Of a DNA stretch of 64,000 bases, positions 60,699 through 64,000 are shown piece by piece. The translations under genes were made by a program, and so were the position numbers. The notes beneath the pieces were generated by a model. It did no database searches. It had not been told where the DNA came from and saw nothing but the letters and a program-made list of their open reading frames with translations. This stretch comes from an uncultured Pseudomonadales bacterium (lineage in GTDB: Bacteria > Patescibacteriota > Microgenomatia > UBA1400 > PJMF01). Where the stretch lies: positions 3,136 through 67,135 of the forward strand of contig CAYVXV010000002.1 in NCBI GenBank assembly GCA_964455555.1, in the 5' to 3' direction. Within the stretch, counting starts at the first letter, position 1. Every line of letters begins with the position of its first letter.

Positions 60699-62234
60699 TT
60701 AATCATTTAGAATTTTTCTTTCCAAAGTGTCATAACTGTAAATATCAGTGCTCACATATTGCCAGTCCCACGGCAGTTTCCACTGGTTTTCGACTTTTTT
60801 AACAGTTACTGGCATTGTATTTTCCCTAAGTCCATTATTTGTATAGTATCCGAGCGAAAGGCTGCATTCCGCTGTATCTGCAAGCAGCCATTTTCGGCTA
60901 CAGCTAAATTCAGCAGACCTGGAGCTTGCCACGGTTCCGGCATCAACTGCATCCAAGGCGGCGGCGAATTTTTGCCTTGATACATGGGCCTCAACTGTGT
61001 GATTGTATAACTCCTGATAATTACCGATTAAAAAACTGCTAGCTGCTGAATTCATCATTATATCCGGTCTGGGATTAAGATAAGCTATGAACTGGAGAAC
61101 TAACACAGCTAATAAGGCCAATCTATAACTCTGATTAAAGTTGCTGATCAGTTTAACCAGATAAATAATTCCCAGGGGCAAGATTAATAAAAAATATCTG
61201 GGCCAGAAAGGTATAAAAATAAAGACAGCAAGTATTCCAATCATCTGGATCAAAAGATACTGATTGCTTGGATTTATTTTCTGCGGCCGGTGTTTTATTC
61301 CTTTAGTAACTGTTGGTAAATAGTAGCCCGCCGTCGCAAGTGAAAGCGGCCAGAGGATGCTCCATTCTCTAATTCTTTGCCATCCCTCTCCCCACCAGCC
61401 TTTAAAATAGCCGCTTATAGCTGCCACCAGAATCATGCCGATGGCATTGGAACCTTCAGAATCCAAGTAAAAATTGAGCATCCACTTTTGGCTGGCATAC
61501 CACTCCACTAAAGAACCGCCTGAAAAAAAGAACTGTGCATAAGATGAAGCGTAGGCAATCAGGCTAAGCGGAACAACAAGCAAAGCATGCAAAAAATGTT
61601 TTCTGCTAAGCCCATACGCCATGAGCAAACCTACTCCAACAATTACGGGGTATAAGATAGCTATTTTTGCAGCGCTAAAAACACCAAGGGTTATTCCTGA
61701 GAGAAATAAATATTTGAATGCATGGTCTTTATGCTTTAGCCATCTAAGAAAAAAGTAATAATGTGCTAGTAAAAATAATAATTGAGGCATATCGAGCATA
61801 GTTTGAGAAAGCTGAGATGCTATAAGAGGGCTAAGAGAAAATAGCATCAAGGCATAGCTGGCCTGCACCCAATTTTCTAAAACAAGAAGCGACAGCCGCC
61901 AAAAGGCAAACATACTCAAAATGAAGATGGCTAATGAGCCAAGGTATGGGTTGTTTAACAAAGTGATAGAAGTTCCGTAAACATATTTACCCAAAGGTGG
62001 CGTTTCCGGGTTGATTGCAAAAAGCGGCTCACCTTTGAGAATTTTATATCCAGCTACCTGATAAAGTTCGTTGTCAGCCATAGTGCGTTTGCTGAACGAT
62101 GTGTGCCACTGTGATTCGTAGTAGAAATTTTCAAGATAATTAATATTGATAGGATTCAAGAAAAAAGCACGGCCTAAATAGATGTTTAAGCCCAAAATCA
62201 GGAAACTGGCAGCCAGCAGATATTTTGATTTCAC
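60699..62234 (-). CDS. Polytopic membrane protein with C-terminal soluble domain, possible GT-C family
   Basis: ~12 TM helices then ~130-aa hydrophilic C-terminus. Confidence 0.45.
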   Translation of the reverse strand: MKSKYLLAASFLILGLNIYLGRAFFLNPININYLENFYYESQWHTSFSKRTMADNELYQVAGYKILKGEPLFAINPETPPLGKYVYGTSITLLNNPYLGSLAIFILSMFAFWRLSLLVLENWVQASYALMLFSLSPLIASQLSQTMLDMPQLLFLLAHYYFFLRWLKHKDHAFKYLFLSGITLGVFSAAKIAILYPVIVGVGLLMAYGLSRKHFLHALLVVPLSLIAYASSYAQFFFSGGSLVEWYASQKWMLNFYLDSEGSNAIGMILVAAISGYFKGWWGEGWQRIREWSILWPLSLATAGYYLPTVTKGIKHRPQKINPSNQYLLIQMIGILAVFIFIPFWPRYFLLILPLGIIYLVKLISNFNQSYRLALLAVLVLQFIAYLNPRPDIMMNSAASSFLIGNYQELYNHTVEAHVSRQKFAAALDAVDAGTVASSRSAEFSCSRKWLLADTAECSLSLGYYTNNGLRENTMPVTVKKVENQWKLPWDWQYVSTDIYSYDTLERKILND

Positions 62235-62265
62235 AGCAAAAGTATAGCATGATAGACTTGATAAT

Positions 62266-63783
62266 ATGCGTGACCGTCTGTTGCTCTTAGCCCTGCTTGT
62301 TTTCGTGTTTTTAACCAGAATCGGCTATGTGTTAAGAGGAGCTATTCCCTTTGGCTTTGATCATGGTAAAGACTCACTGGCAATCATGCATATGGTGCTG
62401 ACTAAGTCACCTGCTTTTATCGGGCCTTGGACCAGCATTCCCGGTTTGTTTTTTGGGCCCGGCTGGTATTATTTGCAAGCCCCCGCATATTTGTTGGGCA
62501 GCTTTCATCCAGCCGCCGCAGTGATTACCATGATCGCGCTATTACTGCTTCAGGTTTATTTGGCCTGGAAGTATTTCGGCAAAATAGCTGCTATTATCAT
62601 TTCTTCTGCACCGCTCTGGATAATAATTTCTACGAGTGCCTGGAACCCCTTTCCGATGACATTTATTACTTTGGTCATCTTAATTATCCTGAAGTTGATA
62701 AGGAAACAGGGCCGCATTACACCAAAAAAAGCGCTTTTACTCGGACTGACAGCCTCATTTGGCTTCCATTTTTCAGCTGCTTACGCTATTTTTTATCCGG
62801 TAGCGATTGGAATTGTCCTTTTATATTTGCGGCCAAACTATTCTCCACGTGAAGTATTGATGGGTGCAGCCGGATTTATAATACCATTTGTGCCTCAAAT
62901 ACTTTTTGAAGTAAAGAACAATTTTTTGCAGTCCAGGGCGGTGCTAGATTATTTTTCAGTTGGGGAGCCGCAGGAAAGAAGTGCTGAAAAAGCCTTGCAA
63001 GTTGTGAAAACCGTCTTGGGTGAGTTGCAGCTCTCATTTATGCCGGGTTATAGATTGCTGTCAGATAGCGTAAATGTAGTAATTCAAACCGTTTTATTAA
63101 TTGCCTTAGTTATCCCACTACTCAGGTCTATCGAGTCAAAAAGATTGAGTGGTGAAATTAAATACTACCTGGTCTTAGCATCTGCTTTCGTAGTATTGCC
63201 AATAATCGGCTTTTTCTTTTTACATTTTAACATCTGGTATGTTTATGCCATGGCTCCTGTAGCAGCTCTGGTTGTTTCAGAATTAATTAAAAGATTTCCT
63301 AAATGGCAACAATATATTTTTGTTGTACTTCTAATGATTACGCCCGTTACACACTACGCAAACTTTATGGCTTTCGAAAGAGAAGATCACCTAGTTAGCA
63401 AAGAATTTTTACCTATTAAAAAAGAGGCTATTAATATAATTCGAGAAAGAGCCGGAAATGATCCATTTGCCTCTTATCATTATGTTAGCGATATCTATGA
63501 CTTTTCTTATCAATACTTATATCTGACTGATGCCTATAGCGGTAATGATTTGCCTGTAGATTTTGCCTATAAACCAAATGCTGAGCCATACATTGTTCAG
63601 AAAGAAGCATTGCTTAATAAGATTGGAAGAAAATCTGGAGATGCCGAAAAGATATTTTATATAGTTGAGAAACCTGAGAAGGAAGTATTGCTCACTGAAT
63701 GGTGGGGGCAGCAGCAATACAGTAAGATTTTAGAAACGATACACCTAAGCGATGACATTACAATATATGTGGCAGCACCATGA
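62266..63783 (+). CDS. GT-C fold membrane glycosyltransferase (GT39-like), paralog of 26995 ORF
   Basis: FDHGKDSLAIMHMVLTKSPAFIGPWTSIPGLFFGPGWYY aligns with GDQGRDSLVVSRIFTERDPVLIGPVTSIGNMYLGPFYYY of 26995 ORF. Confidence 0.6.
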   Translation: MRDRLLLLALLVFVFLTRIGYVLRGAIPFGFDHGKDSLAIMHMVLTKSPAFIGPWTSIPGLFFGPGWYYLQAPAYLLGSFHPAAAVITMIALLLLQVYLAWKYFGKIAAIIISSAPLWIIISTSAWNPFPMTFITLVILIILKLIRKQGRITPKKALLLGLTASFGFHFSAAYAIFYPVAIGIVLLYLRPNYSPREVLMGAAGFIIPFVPQILFEVKNNFLQSRAVLDYFSVGEPQERSAEKALQVVKTVLGELQLSFMPGYRLLSDSVNVVIQTVLLIALVIPLLRSIESKRLSGEIKYYLVLASAFVVLPIIGFFFLHFNIWYVYAMAPVAALVVSELIKRFPKWQQYIFVVLLMITPVTHYANFMAFEREDHLVSKEFLPIKKEAINIIRERAGNDPFASYHYVSDIYDFSYQYLYLTDAYSGNDLPVDFAYKPNAEPYIVQKEALLNKIGRKSGDAEKIFYIVEKPEKEVLLTEWWGQQQYSKILETIHLSDDITIYVAAP

Positions 63784-64000
63784 CATTGAAGCAGATACTT
63801 ACCTCACAAACCGTCATTATTGGAATACTGCTTTTTATATCTCTTTCAATCAGGCTTTATAGTATCAGGGATAATCAGGTTTATTTTTGGTTTGACCAGT
63901 CTAGGGATGCAATTGAATCGAGAAAAATTATTAACGACAAGGATCTAAAAATTCAAGGCCCTTCTGCCAGTGGCACAAATGACACAGTCTATCATGGTGT
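63780..64000 (+). CDS. Partial 5' end of a further GT-C (GT39-like) paralog, ATGA overlap with upstream gene; runs off window
   Basis: MTLKQIL...YFWFDQSRDA carries the same DQxRD first-loop motif. Confidence 0.5.
   Translation, partial: MTLKQILTSQTVIIGILLFISLSIRLYSIRDNQVYFWFDQSRDAIESRKIINDKDLKIQGPSASGTNDTVYHG

Overview
The window is a gene-dense stretch of bacterial chromosome at about 43% GC, read with the standard genetic code because TGA acts as a stop. Its gene content suggests a reduced-genome lineage, possibly Candidate Phyla Radiation (Patescibacteria), but that is inference only. The supporting features are several archaeal-type enzyme variants (a class I FbaB aldolase, a short ~250-aa RmlA, a ~475-aa AspRS without the bacterial insertion domain), many overlapping gene junctions, and an unusual number of GT-C/GT39-like membrane glycosyltransferases.

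I can call these features with reasonable support:
- a znuACB zinc uptake operon with a 7-1-7 palindromic operator candidate
- frr, rseP, secDF, a NUDIX hydrolase, cca, recJ and aspS
- a D-Ala-D-Ala carboxypeptidase
- a GDP-mannose-derived sugar pathway (ugd, gmd, a reductase) next to polyprenol-phosphate-sugar synthases (GT2-GtrA fusions) and GT-C transferases
- a two-component pair whose genes converge and overlap at their 3' ends
- tRNA-Gln(CUG), followed by an island of six unrecognisable ORFs that is operon-coupled to glgP
- fbaB, an M29 aminopeptidase, rdgB, ybaB, dnaX, ybeY, gltX and trmD
- a second glycan locus: rmlBCD, an LCP protein, a Wzx flippase, five GT2/GT4 genes and further GT-C-like membrane proteins

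The most interesting sequence-level signals are all regulatory or structural:
1. A clear T-box riboswitch upstream of aspS. It has a canonical antiterminator (AGAGG / UGGCACC bulge / CCUCU), a competing intrinsic terminator and Asp codons as specifier candidates.
2. Diverging from it, a sigma70 promoter (TTGACT-N16-TATAAT) drives a ~120-nt leader toward a 490-aa orphan protein. The leader has mutually exclusive terminator and antiterminator hairpins and a short leader ORF, which looks like an attenuator.
3. A lysine-linker A9/A8/A7 homopolymer cluster sits in dnaX. Each run gives a near-immediate -1-frame stop, as in the known gamma-subunit slippage sites.

I found no CRISPR array, integrase or transposase.
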